Source: an archaeon (GTDB lineage Archaea > Nanobdellota > Nanobdellia > Pacearchaeales > GW2011-AR1). From it: a DNA stretch of 64,000 nucleotides. The DNA is taken from NCBI GenBank assembly GCA_018697295.1, contig JABHTJ010000004.1:1159-65158 (forward strand). The letters are read 5' to 3'. How positions within the stretch are numbered: position 1 is the first letter of the stretch; the number at the start of each line of letters is the position of its first letter. Shown piece by piece: positions 9,596 through 18,762 of the stretch. The notes under the pieces are model-generated. The model worked only from the letters and a program-made list of their open reading frames with translations. It searched no databases and was not told the origin of the DNA. The translations under genes were made by a program, and so were the position numbers.

Positions 9596-10429
9596 ATGAG
9601 GTTTCTATTTAAGTTTATGAAAAAGAGGATTGTCTTAGTTGTTTTAATGGTGCTTATTTTAGTTGGAATTTGCCAAGTATTTTTTTATGAGGAGCCTTTA
9701 CCGATTTCTAATTATATAGTTCTAGACAATGGAAATCTTGCGTATGATGAATATGGGGCTGGCGAGGAGGTGATTATTCTGGTTCATGGAAGTCCTGGAG
9801 GAAAAGAAACTTTTGAGAAGTTAGCTTCAGAGATTTCTGGATTTAAGATTTATACTCTTGATATGTTTTGTTTTGGTGAATCGACCAAAGAGTTGAATAA
9901 TTGTGGGATGGAATTTGCTGCGGATACTGTTTTAGAATTTATGGACGAAAAAGAAATTGAAACTGCGTCGATTCTTGGTTATTCTTGGGGTGGAAGTGTC
10001 GTGATTACTTTTGCAAATCGCTATCCTGAAAGATTAGATAATTTAATTTTACTTTCTGGAAATGGGATTCAAGAAGGTGAACCCACGAAACATTTTGTAA
10101 CTGAACGTGCTCGGTCGTGGTTAGCTTATCCTTTTGCAGTTTATTCTCCTGGAGCATTTGCAGGTGATTATCGTTGGCGGAGAGGATTTATTAAAAGTTT
10201 TATTGATTCTGATCAGCGTCCGATTAAAGATTGGCTTGGAGAAATTGAAACGAGAACTTTGATTCTTCATGGTGATTCGGATACAATCATTATTCCTTGG
10301 GTTGCTGAGAAACATAATTCTCTCTTACCAAATAGTGAGTTAGTGTTTTTTACTGGGAATCATATGACTATTTCGCGTGATGTTTCGGAGATATCGGTTA
10401 AATTGCAGGAGTTTTTAGAAAATGAATAA
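9596..10429 (+). CDS. Alpha/beta-fold hydrolase, membrane anchored
   Basis: N-terminal TM, oxyanion-region VILVHGSPGG, nucleophile elbow GYSWGG (GxSxG), HGDSD near the C-terminus. Confidence 0.8.
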   Translation: MRFLFKFMKKRIVLVVLMVLILVGICQVFFYEEPLPISNYIVLDNGNLAYDEYGAGEEVIILVHGSPGGKETFEKLASEISGFKIYTLDMFCFGESTKELNNCGMEFAADTVLEFMDEKEIETASILGYSWGGSVVITFANRYPERLDNLILLSGNGIQEGEPTKHFVTERARSWLAYPFAVYSPGAFAGDYRWRRGFIKSFIDSDQRPIKDWLGEIETRTLILHGDSDTIIIPWVAEKHNSLLPNSELVFFTGNHMTISRDVSEISVKLQEFLENE

Positions 10430-10775
10430 AAAACAAAATCTTTCAAATAAATTATTTTTTATATTCGCTAAAGTTTGGGGAATTGTTGGAATTTTTCTCG
10501 TATTTTTGCAAGCATATTTGATGTTTCAAATGCTAATTTTAATCTTGCCATTATTTTTGATCGCTATTTATTTATTTCTAAAATTATTGAAGAAAATTCA
10601 AGAGAAAGTTTCTAAACCCTCAAAAATAACAAAAATATTTGCTTATGTCATTGCCATGATTCATTTTATTCCTCTTCTTTTGCAGTTGTTTGGGATTGGT
10701 GCTCCAGGATTTGATAATACTGTTATGGCCTTGATTGGATTGTGGATTTTTTCTCTGGTTCCAGTTAAGAAGTAG
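10422..10775 (+). CDS. Hypothetical small membrane protein
   Basis: 117 aa, three or four hydrophobic helices. Start overlaps the upstream hydrolase stop. Confidence 0.5.
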   Translation: MNKKQNLSNKLFFIFAKVWGIVGIFLVFLQAYLMFQMLILILPLFLIAIYLFLKLLKKIQEKVSKPSKITKIFAYVIAMIHFIPLLLQLFGIGAPGFDNTVMALIGLWIFSLVPVKK

Positions 10776-11085
10776 ATTTGGGATATTTATTATAAATGAT
10801 CTCTTTGAATTTTCTTATTTCTTCACGTCCGAATGGGAGGTGTTCCAAACTTAGATTAATTTCTTGAGTTTGTATAATTTTTCCTTCCTGAAAGTCAGTC
10901 ACCAAATCTTCGAGTTCATCTTTAAAATTCGTTGCAGTTGGTTCTCCCAATGGATTTGTGATAAAAAGATAGCTATCAGGGAATGAATCGCATTTCGTTC
11001 CGAAACAAATTGCTTCAACATAGTTTCTTCTTCTTGCTAGATCTCGAAGTGCTCCTTCAATCGCTTTTTGATATCTGACTTCCAC
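10765..11085 (-). CDS. Hypothetical cytoplasmic protein
   Basis: 106-aa ORF with no signal peptide and no recognised domain. Confidence 0.5.
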   Translation of the reverse strand: MEVRYQKAIEGALRDLARRRNYVEAICFGTKCDSFPDSYLFITNPLGEPTATNFKDELEDLVTDFQEGKIIQTQEINLSLEHLPFGREEIRKFKEIIYNKYPKSTS

Positions 11086-11204
11086 GATTAGTTATAGCAA
11101 TTCTTTGTTAAAAATATTGTTGTTGTTATGTTTTTATTACTTTGAGAATATATTAGATAAATTTTTATAGAAATATTTAAATAGTTTTCTTAGTTATTGT
11201 TTTT

Positions 11205-11498
11205 ATGAAAGGAGTTGGTGTAGTGATTGTGAGTCTTGTTTTTGTTCTTGTTAGTATTGTTTTTTCTAACGCTCTTCCAAGCTCTGTTCCGTCAGACTAT
11301 TATATCTCTGAAGGACATCCTTTCAATTATCTTTCTGATGCAGATTTAACATTTAAATCTGGAGAAAATATTGTTTCCCCAACTCCGGTTAATCCTGTCG
11401 AGCCAGTAGGAGAAGTTTTAGTAGATTCTGATGTCGAAGGATTTTTTGTTGCATTTGGAATTAATGGAAATGGTAAGGATGTTGCATATGCCGAATGA
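11205..11498 (+). CDS. Small secreted protein; frame stays open 72 codons past its TGA (to 11714)
   Basis: Signal-like N-terminus MKGVGVVIVSLVFVLVSIVFSNA. After TGA at 11496-11498 the same frame runs stop-free to TAA at 11712-11714, with no in-frame start codon. Confidence 0.5.
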   Translation: MKGVGVVIVSLVFVLVSIVFSNALPSSVPSDYYISEGHPFNYLSDADLTFKSGENIVSPTPVNPVEPVGEVLVDSDVEGFFVAFGINGNGKDVAYAE

Positions 11499-11704
11499 GA
11501 CATTGTAGGAAGTCATGTTGTAACTTTTGAAGAAGCAGAAAAAATTCAAGATAAAAAAATTCTTGAAGAGGCTCAAATTGAAGCTATTTCTTCTGATGGT
11601 CAAAATCAGGAAGCTGGAGATTCTCAGGAGACTTTAGAAGATAAGGCTAACGAGAACTTTTTTCAAAGAAATAGTATTGTATCGTGGATAAAGAGGATAT
11701 TCAA

Positions 11705-11896
11705 ATGGAATTAAAAAATTTTATATTCGTGCTTGGAGTACTATTAGTTTTTTCTCTTTCTCAAGCTTCTGCACTTTTTTCTCTTCAGGTTGAAGGTGAA
11801 CCAGAGCTCGGAGCAGTTATTACATTTAAAATTAAAACTAATTCATACAATTCTAATGATGTGAGTAATGATGGTCGACTGTTTGTTTCAACCTAA
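11705..11896 (+). CDS. Signal-peptide-bearing short ORF, in frame with the downstream 618-codon ORF (separated by one TAA)
   Basis: MELKNFIFVLGVLLVFSLSQASA signal peptide. TAA at 11894-11896. The downstream ORF is in the same frame and open immediately after the stop. Confidence 0.45.
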   Translation: MELKNFIFVLGVLLVFSLSQASALFSLQVEGEPELGAVITFKIKTNSYNSNDVSNDGRLFVST

Positions 11897-11935
11897 CTCA
11901 ATCCTGTCGAACTTCCGGGATTTGGAACTTTTTAT

Positions 11936-13792
11936 TTGGATCGTCATTTTGCCTCAATCCTTCCTCCAGGAAGATTAATTGAAATGGATCCATATCCTAC
12001 TCTTAATTATTTTACTTATTCATTTTATATTGATCCTGCAGTTTATTCTGTTGGAGAAGTATTATATTTCCAGGGTGTTACCTTTAATGTCCGTGGATTG
12101 ACTGGACATATGCCTTTGACGGTTACTGATCCTGGTGTAGTTCTTCAAGCTCCTCAAAATGTTGATGCAACACCTTTTGAAGGTCAGGGTCTTCCTGAAT
12201 CGGATTTAACTCCTCAAGTAAAAATTACTTGGGATCATGTTCCAGGAGTTGAAGATTATCTTATTTATCGTTCTTCATGGGGAAATTACCAGGGAATGAG
12301 TCATCCCGGAGAACTCGTGGGCTATACTCGGAATAATTTTTGGTGGGATAACGGGCCTGGACTCGATGAAGATGCTTTTTATTCCGTTAGAACAGTTAAT
12401 TCTCAAGGACAAAGTTTTGTGAGTGAAATTGAACTTGGGCATAGTAACCCTAGTAATGGGATTAAATATCGTTTTGGAGATCATAAGGAGTGGTATTATA
12501 ATGGAAATAATTATTGGGGATTTCCTCAGGTAAGAATTGGAAATAGCGGGACTCAGGTTGTTGGCGTTACTTATTCTGGAGATATATTTGTAATCCCGAC
12601 TGGTGAAGGTCATGTACCTACACCGACGTCATATCGGAATCTTGGAGGATTTTATTTTGATAACTCTATTGGTGCTGCGAGATTTGCAGATGTTAATGCA
12701 GTGATATATGTTAATCGAACGATTTTTAATCCTAATGTAGAGATGCCAGACACTACACATATTGAGAAATTTACTTCTTCAGGAATTACTGATTGGGAAT
12801 ATGAATTCCCTGGGAAAAAAGGTACTGGATGTTCATTTACTAGAACTGTTATTGTGAGTGATTCTGGAGACCTTATCATTGGACTTTCATATCAGGTTGT
12901 TAACGGTGTACAAAGAGTTCATATGGTGTCTTTAGATCGAGATGGAAATATATTGTATGAGGGAATTCCTTTTGATTATGATTTATATCTTGGCGGAACC
13001 GGAAGTCGTTCTGCGGTTCTTTCTGCAGATGGGAATACTTTAGCAATACAACTCAATCAAGGATTTTCTTGGACTACTTTGGTTCTTGATTCTAGAACTG
13101 GGGCTGTTCTTGGACACTATCCTGGATTGTACTCTACAGGTGGTCTTGACATTAGTGATGATGGAAAACGAGTTGTAGCAACTCATTTACTCAATGACCT
13201 GGTAGGAACTGCAATTGTGCGAGTTTTTGATTATCCATTCGCTAATCAAGACATTCATGACTTAACTTCTTCTGGAAATTTCATCCAATTTGGTCCTGTA
13301 GCGATTTCAGGAGATGGAAATAAAATTGTGTCTGCATATTTTGATCGAGATGCCTATAGTGCTCATGTAAATGCGAACGGGATTGGAGATATAACTGGAG
13401 GAGTTATGACTTGGGATGTATCTTCGATTCAAAATCCTCAAATAGTTTCAAATTATATGTATACACCAGAACAAAATACCTTTAAGCGAGCGAATTCTAT
13501 TGAAATGACTGATGATGGTTCTAAATATGTCGTATCGTATGAATATGGGGCTACTGGTCTTGGTTGGAACTCTTTGAGTGAATTTAGGGTTGTTGATGCT
13601 GCGACCCCAGATGTATATTATTTTGAAGATGGCCAAATAGATCCTGTTAAGGAATTTTATTTCCATGAAAATTCAATTTACTACTCTGACCTTTCTCCAG
13701 ATGGTAGTGAATATATTGCTTCGATTTTTCCTACTGCAGAATATGACGGTCATAAATATGATGATTATATTGCTTTAATTGATTTAACTTAA
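11936..13792 (+). CDS. Large extracellular-type protein: Fn3-like domain plus PD40/WD40-like beta-propeller repeats
   Basis: Fn3-like segment (QVKITWDHVPGVEDYLIYRS...YSVRTVNSQGQS). Recurrent SxDG blades (LSADGNTLAI, ISDDGKRVVA, ISGDGNKIVS, MTDDGSKYVV, LSPDGSEYIA). No own signal peptide; listed start is TTG. Confidence 0.7.
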   Translation: MDRHFASILPPGRLIEMDPYPTLNYFTYSFYIDPAVYSVGEVLYFQGVTFNVRGLTGHMPLTVTDPGVVLQAPQNVDATPFEGQGLPESDLTPQVKITWDHVPGVEDYLIYRSSWGNYQGMSHPGELVGYTRNNFWWDNGPGLDEDAFYSVRTVNSQGQSFVSEIELGHSNPSNGIKYRFGDHKEWYYNGNNYWGFPQVRIGNSGTQVVGVTYSGDIFVIPTGEGHVPTPTSYRNLGGFYFDNSIGAARFADVNAVIYVNRTIFNPNVEMPDTTHIEKFTSSGITDWEYEFPGKKGTGCSFTRTVIVSDSGDLIIGLSYQVVNGVQRVHMVSLDRDGNILYEGIPFDYDLYLGGTGSRSAVLSADGNTLAIQLNQGFSWTTLVLDSRTGAVLGHYPGLYSTGGLDISDDGKRVVATHLLNDLVGTAIVRVFDYPFANQDIHDLTSSGNFIQFGPVAISGDGNKIVSAYFDRDAYSAHVNANGIGDITGGVMTWDVSSIQNPQIVSNYMYTPEQNTFKRANSIEMTDDGSKYVVSYEYGATGLGWNSLSEFRVVDAATPDVYYFEDGQIDPVKEFYFHENSIYYSDLSPDGSEYIASIFPTAEYDGHKYDDYIALIDLT

Positions 13793-13811
13793 TTTTTGAA
13801 GAAGGGGAATT

Positions 13812-14816
13812 TTATTTCCAATTAACTTGTACCTCGTCAGTTCGTTCTCGTGGTTTGATATCAATTTTATCAAGATTTGATTCTCCTAATCTTGCTTTAA
13901 ACATTTTGAGCCCTAAATATCCTATCATTGCAGCGTTGTCGACGAGTAATGGCTTTGGTGGACAGAAAAATTTGACTCCTCGTTCGTTGCACATTATCTG
14001 GCACATTTCTTGTAAACGAGCATTACATGCAACTCCGCCTCCGAGTAAGAGTTCTTTTTTTCCAGTGTGCGCGAGTGCTCTCTCGGCTACTTCGGTTAAC
14101 ATTGCAAAAACTGTTTCTTGAAGCGAATATGCTAAATCTTCTATTGGTGTTTTTTTATCATAGAGATTTTTGATTTGTGTTTGAATTCCTGAAAATGAAA
14201 CATCCATTCCCTTTACAGAATAAGCGAGTTCGATTAATTCTTTTTTATTTTTACATTCTTGTGCCAACTTCTCAATTTTTGGACCTCCAGGAAAACCAAG
14301 TCCGAAATATCGCGCGATTGTGTCGATGAAATTTCCAATTCCGAGGTCTAGTGTTTCTCCAAAGATTCTATATTTTTGAGCTTCGTAAGCGATTACCTGA
14401 GTATTTGCTCCGCTGGCATATAATAAAACTGGGTCTTTTGCTCCGGTTGTTTCTCCAATTTCTAAATGTGCGATGCAATGGTTTACTCCAACTATTTGGA
14501 CATTTAGTTTTGTTGCTAATTTTTTTGCAAATTCCATTCCCTCTAGAAGGCAGGGGGCAAGACCTGGGGCGTTTGAAAGTGCGACTGCTTCGATTTTATC
14601 TTCTGTGATGTTTGCTTTTTCTAAAGCTTGCTTGTATAATTTTTCTGAAACGATTTTATGATGCTTTCTAACTTCTATTGGAATCATTCCTCCAGATTCA
14701 CTTACCCAAGAGTCTGTAATGTTTGCTAAAATTTTTTTATCAAAGTCGAGAACTGCGACGCCAAATGTATGGGCTGTTGATTCTATTGCAAGTAGATATT
14801 TTTGTTTGTTTGTCAT
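13812..14816 (-). CDS. kae1: tRNA N6-adenosine threonylcarbamoyltransferase Kae1
   Basis: AIESTAHTFGVAV, metal-binding HCIAHLEIGE, GGGVACNARL; 334 aa. Confidence 0.93.
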   Translation of the reverse strand: MTNKQKYLLAIESTAHTFGVAVLDFDKKILANITDSWVSESGGMIPIEVRKHHKIVSEKLYKQALEKANITEDKIEAVALSNAPGLAPCLLEGMEFAKKLATKLNVQIVGVNHCIAHLEIGETTGAKDPVLLYASGANTQVIAYEAQKYRIFGETLDLGIGNFIDTIARYFGLGFPGGPKIEKLAQECKNKKELIELAYSVKGMDVSFSGIQTQIKNLYDKKTPIEDLAYSLQETVFAMLTEVAERALAHTGKKELLLGGGVACNARLQEMCQIMCNERGVKFFCPPKPLLVDNAAMIGYLGLKMFKARLGESNLDKIDIKPRERTDEVQVNWK

Positions 14817-14905
14817 GAGTTTTTGAAGTGTTGGGAATTTAAAAATTGATTGGGTTTTGAGATTTTAACATAAAATTATAAATACTCTATCGTCTTTTTT
14901 GTCCT

Positions 14906-15949
14906 ATGAAAGATGAAAAAGGAAAAAAATTAATTGAATATATTAAACTGGTTTCTCCTGGAACTTCGCTTAGATTAGTAATTGATGATTTGGCCCGATC
15001 TAATCTTGGAGCGATGATAGTTTTTGATTCTCCAGAACTTAGAGCATCCAATATTTTGGATGGTGGATTTAAAATTAATGCACGATTTACTGCAGAAAAA
15101 TTGTTTGAACTTTGTAAAATGGACGGTGCGATTGTTGTGTCAAGTGATATGAAACGAATTTTATATGCGAATGTTGTTCTTTCTCCTGATTCTGGATATA
15201 GCTCTGCAGAAACTGGGACGCGACACAGAGCGGCTGAGAGAACTGCAAAACAAGCTCACACTTTTGTTATTGCTGTAAGTGAGCGACGGAAAAAGACCAC
15301 AATTTATCATAATAATATTCGTTATTATGTCAAGTCTTCGGGAGAACTTTTGCGAGATACAAGTTCAACGATTACGATTTTAGAAATTCAACGAGAAAAA
15401 TTGCAGGAACATCGAGCGAATCTTAATGTTTTGGAGATGTCCGAATTAGTTTCGGTTAGTGATGTTTGTAAGGTGATTCAGCGAAGTGAGATGATTCTTA
15501 AAATTTCTCGTTCTCTTAAAAAAAATTTTACTGAATTGGGGAAAGAAGGGACGATTATGAGAATGCGTTATAGGGAATTGATTAAGGGTATTGAGCGGTC
15601 TTCTGAAGAAATTTTACGGGATTATGCTGCAATTCCTTTAAAAAAATCTCGGAACATTTTAGAGAATATAACTTTTGAGGGGCTCTTAGAACTTGAAACA
15701 ATTGCGAGATTGATAATGGAGAAGGGTCTTGATGAAAATGTTTCTCCGAAGGGATATCGATTTTTGGGAAGATTGACCTTGTCACAGAAGGAAATTTCAT
15801 TATTAGTAAAAGAGTTTGAAAATTTGAATGGAATTCTTAATGCTGGTTCGAATGATTTTGAAAAGATTTTGAGAAATCGATCCTCGCCGATTCATGAAGA
15901 AATAATTCATTTACGAGAACAAATTCTGAATGGGAAGGAGGTATACTAA
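14906..15949 (+). CDS. disA: DisA-type diadenylate cyclase (DNA integrity scanning protein)
   Basis: DAC-domain motifs VSPGTSLRLVIDDL, MDGAIVVSSDMKRILYANVVL, ETGTRHRAAERTAKQ. C-terminal helical/HhH-like region; 347 aa. Confidence 0.85.
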   Translation: MKDEKGKKLIEYIKLVSPGTSLRLVIDDLARSNLGAMIVFDSPELRASNILDGGFKINARFTAEKLFELCKMDGAIVVSSDMKRILYANVVLSPDSGYSSAETGTRHRAAERTAKQAHTFVIAVSERRKKTTIYHNNIRYYVKSSGELLRDTSSTITILEIQREKLQEHRANLNVLEMSELVSVSDVCKVIQRSEMILKISRSLKKNFTELGKEGTIMRMRYRELIKGIERSSEEILRDYAAIPLKKSRNILENITFEGLLELETIARLIMEKGLDENVSPKGYRFLGRLTLSQKEISLLVKEFENLNGILNAGSNDFEKILRNRSSPIHEEIIHLREQILNGKEVY

Positions 15950-16992
15950 TGATTTCTCAAGAACAACTTCAAGAAATTAGAGATAATCTAGAAATGTCTC
16001 AAAATCCTCTTTTTTTATTTGATAATGATGTTGATGGATTGTGTGCATTTTTGATTTTGCAAAGAGCACTTGGTCGTGGAAAGGGGGTAGCCATAAAATC
16101 TTTTCCAGATTTAAAAGAACAATACCTTGGAAAAGTTGACGAATTTAATTCTGATTCCGTTTTTGTTTTAGATAAGTCTGATATAAGTCCTGAGTTTGTC
16201 GATGGATGTGTTGAAAGAAATGTTCCAATAACTATGGTCGATCATCATCCTTGTGAAACTTCTAAAGAAGTGCTTGAAAAAATTTCTTATTATAATTCTT
16301 TACCATCAGCAGAACCTACAACATATATTGCACAATCAGTTTTTAAGAAAAAAGAAGATCGGTGGCTTGCGATGATTGGATGCACTGGAGATGTTTTCAC
16401 TCCCGATTTTGCACAAGATTTTGAGCAAGAAAATCCCGAATTATTTAACTCTTCAATTTCTGCTTTTGAGGCACTTCACACAACCGAAATTGGAAAAGTT
16501 GTTCGTATGTTAAATTTTGGTTTGATGGACACTATAACTAATGTTGTTAAACTTACAAAATATTTGTTTACTGCAAAAAGTGTATATGATTTGCTTGAAG
16601 AGAATGAGTATACCAAACAATTTCATAAAAGATATTCTGAATTATTTGAATTTTATAAAAAACAAGTTGGTAAGGCAGTTGACGGGATAGACACAGATTC
16701 TCCAATCATCTTTTTTACTTATTCTGGACAAATGAGTATGAGTTCCGAGATTGCTAACAGACTTTATTTTTTATATCCTGAAAAATTAACGGTTGTTTGT
16801 TATAAACGCCCTGACAAAGTAAATGTTTCTATTCGTGGAAAGCGAGCTTTGGAAATTACGAAAAAATCTGTTGATGGAATTGAAGATGCGACTGGTGGGG
16901 GCCATGTTGAGGCTACTGGAGCTAGGATTCCTATTGACGGATTTGAGGAATTTAAAGCGAATGTTTTGAGTTTGGTTAATTCACCACAGTAA
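15949..16992 (+). CDS. Stand-alone DHH/DHHA1 phosphoesterase (NrnA/DhhP/RecJ-like)
   Basis: DHH motifs FDNDVDGLCA and MVDHH. DHHA1 motif ATGGGHVEATGA. Start overlaps the disA stop (TAATG). Confidence 0.8.
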   Translation: MISQEQLQEIRDNLEMSQNPLFLFDNDVDGLCAFLILQRALGRGKGVAIKSFPDLKEQYLGKVDEFNSDSVFVLDKSDISPEFVDGCVERNVPITMVDHHPCETSKEVLEKISYYNSLPSAEPTTYIAQSVFKKKEDRWLAMIGCTGDVFTPDFAQDFEQENPELFNSSISAFEALHTTEIGKVVRMLNFGLMDTITNVVKLTKYLFTAKSVYDLLEENEYTKQFHKRYSELFEFYKKQVGKAVDGIDTDSPIIFFTYSGQMSMSSEIANRLYFLYPEKLTVVCYKRPDKVNVSIRGKRALEITKKSVDGIEDATGGGHVEATGARIPIDGFEEFKANVLSLVNSPQ

Positions 16993-17023
16993 TTCTTATA
17001 AAGAAAATCTGATTATTTTAGCT

Positions 17024-18613
17024 ATGGCTAATGATGTAGTAACTAATGAGAATGATAGAATTTTAGGCAGAGATGCTCAGAGGAATAATATTCTTGCTGC
17101 GCGTGTTATTGCCGAGACTGTGAAGACAACTTTGGGACCGAAAGGAATGGATAAAATGCTTGTTGATCGAGCTGGAAGTGCGGTTGTGACAAATGACGGT
17201 GTGACGATTTTAACTGAAATGGAAATTGAACATCCTGCTGCTAAGATGATTGTTGATATTGCGAAGACACAGGAAAAAGAAGTTGGAGATGGGACGACGA
17301 CTGCAGTTATGCTTGCGGGAAAATTTTTAGAAAATGCAGAGAAGTTATTGGATCAAAAAATTCATCCGACGATTATTACTCGTGGTTATCGGTGGGCAGA
17401 AGAACAGTCTCAAAAAATTTTACAAGAGCTTGCCATTGAAATTGATTCTGAGGAAGAACTTGCTAAAGTTGCGTCGACTGCAATGACTGGAAAAGGTGCT
17501 GAATATTTGAAGGAAAAGTTTGCCGAAATTATTGTTGAAGCAACGAAAATTGTTAGCGATTCTGGAAAAGTTAATCTTGAAGATATTAGAATTGAGAAGC
17601 AAAAAGGAATGAGTCTTGATGATACTAAACTTATTCGAGGAATTGTTCTTGATAAATCTAAACTTCATAGTTCGATGCCATCTTTAGTTTCTGGAGCGCG
17701 AATTGCACTTGTTGAAGAAGCGTTAGAAATTCGGGGTCCTGAAACAGAGACAAAATTATCTGTTACAAGTCATGATCAACTTCAAGGTTTTTTGAATCAA
17801 GAAGATTCTATTTTGAAAGCAAAAGTTGAAAAGATTAAAGCGAGCGGGGCAAATGTTTTGTTTGTACAACGTGGAATTGATGATTTGGTTTCGTTTTATT
17901 TAGCTCGTGAAGGAATTTATGCGGTTCGTCGTGTTTCCAAAGATGATATGCAGGCACTTTCAAAAGCGACTGGTGCTGAGCTTATTTCGAAATTATCTGA
18001 GATGACGTCCGATGACTTGGGTTTTGCCGAAGAAGTTTCTTGTGTTGAAGATTTGAATGAGCCTATGACTTCCATTACTGGTTGTAAAAATCCTAAGGCG
18101 CTTACGATTTTAATTCGTGGGGGGACTGAACATGTTCTTGATGAAGTGAAACGGGCGATTGAGGATGCTTTGGGCGATGTTGCTGCGACACTACTGGACT
18201 CAAAAATTGTTTGTGGTGGCGGAGCTGTTGAAGTTGAACTTTGTTCTCGTCTTAAGAAATTTGCTTCGGGATTAAAGGGTCGTGAACGTTTAGCTGTTGA
18301 AGAATTTGCGAATGCCTTAGAATGTATTCCTCAAACTTTGGCTGAAAACGCAGGACTTGATTCTATTGATGTTTTGACTGAACTTCGAGCTCGTCATGAT
18401 GCAAGTGAAGTTAATGCTGGACTTAATTTATTTACTGGAAATGTCGAGAACACTCTTAATGCAGGAATTATTGAACCATTAAAAGTTAAAACTCAGGCGA
18501 TTGCGTCAGCGTCGGAAGTTGCGATTATGATTCTTCGAATTGACGATGTTATTGCGGCAAAAAAATCTCTTGGAAATTCTGGAACACTTCGGAATATGGA
18601 TGGATACGAATAA
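17024..18613 (+). CDS. ths: Thermosome subunit (group II chaperonin)
   Basis: [40 protein letters not shown]; 529 aa. Confidence 0.96.
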   Translation: MANDVVTNENDRILGRDAQRNNILAARVIAETVKTTLGPKGMDKMLVDRAGSAVVTNDGVTILTEMEIEHPAAKMIVDIAKTQEKEVGDGTTTAVMLAGKFLENAEKLLDQKIHPTIITRGYRWAEEQSQKILQELAIEIDSEEELAKVASTAMTGKGAEYLKEKFAEIIVEATKIVSDSGKVNLEDIRIEKQKGMSLDDTKLIRGIVLDKSKLHSSMPSLVSGARIALVEEALEIRGPETETKLSVTSHDQLQGFLNQEDSILKAKVEKIKASGANVLFVQRGIDDLVSFYLAREGIYAVRRVSKDDMQALSKATGAELISKLSEMTSDDLGFAEEVSCVEDLNEPMTSITGCKNPKALTILIRGGTEHVLDEVKRAIEDALGDVAATLLDSKIVCGGGAVEVELCSRLKKFASGLKGRERLAVEEFANALECIPQTLAENAGLDSIDVLTELRARHDASEVNAGLNLFTGNVENTLNAGIIEPLKVKTQAIASASEVAIMILRIDDVIAAKKSLGNSGTLRNMDGYE

Positions 18614-18626
18614 TTTTTAGAATAAT

Positions 18627-18746
18627 TTATTCTGGCATTAAATCCATTGGCTTTCCACAACAAACAAGTTGACCAATTCCTTCATGTACAACCTTTACTA
18701 CGTTTCCACAAATACTACACTTGTATACTTCTTTTTGTTTTGTCAT
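18627..18746 (-). CDS. Desulforedoxin-like small iron-binding protein (39 aa; below ORF-track cutoff)
   Basis: Manual translation: MTKQKEVYKCSICGNVVKVVHEGIGQLVCCGKPMDLMPE*. This matches the desulforedoxin / Dfx N-domain signature YKCxxCGxxVxVxxxGxGxLVCCGxxM. Starts 16 nt downstream of the rubrerythrin stop on the same strand. Confidence 0.8.
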   Translation of the reverse strand: MTKQKEVYKCSICGNVVKVVHEGIGQLVCCGKPMDLMPE

Positions 18747-18762
18747 TTTGAATATTATAAAT

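Noticed and set aside
11496-11498. Possibility that TGA (or TAA at 11894 and 43485) is reassigned to a sense codon genome-wide
   Set aside because: Conserved genes end on these codons at their expected lengths: thrS, elp3 and B2 on TGA; gyrA, gyrB, thermosome and many others on TAA. The standard code fits, so the three in-frame stops are local events.
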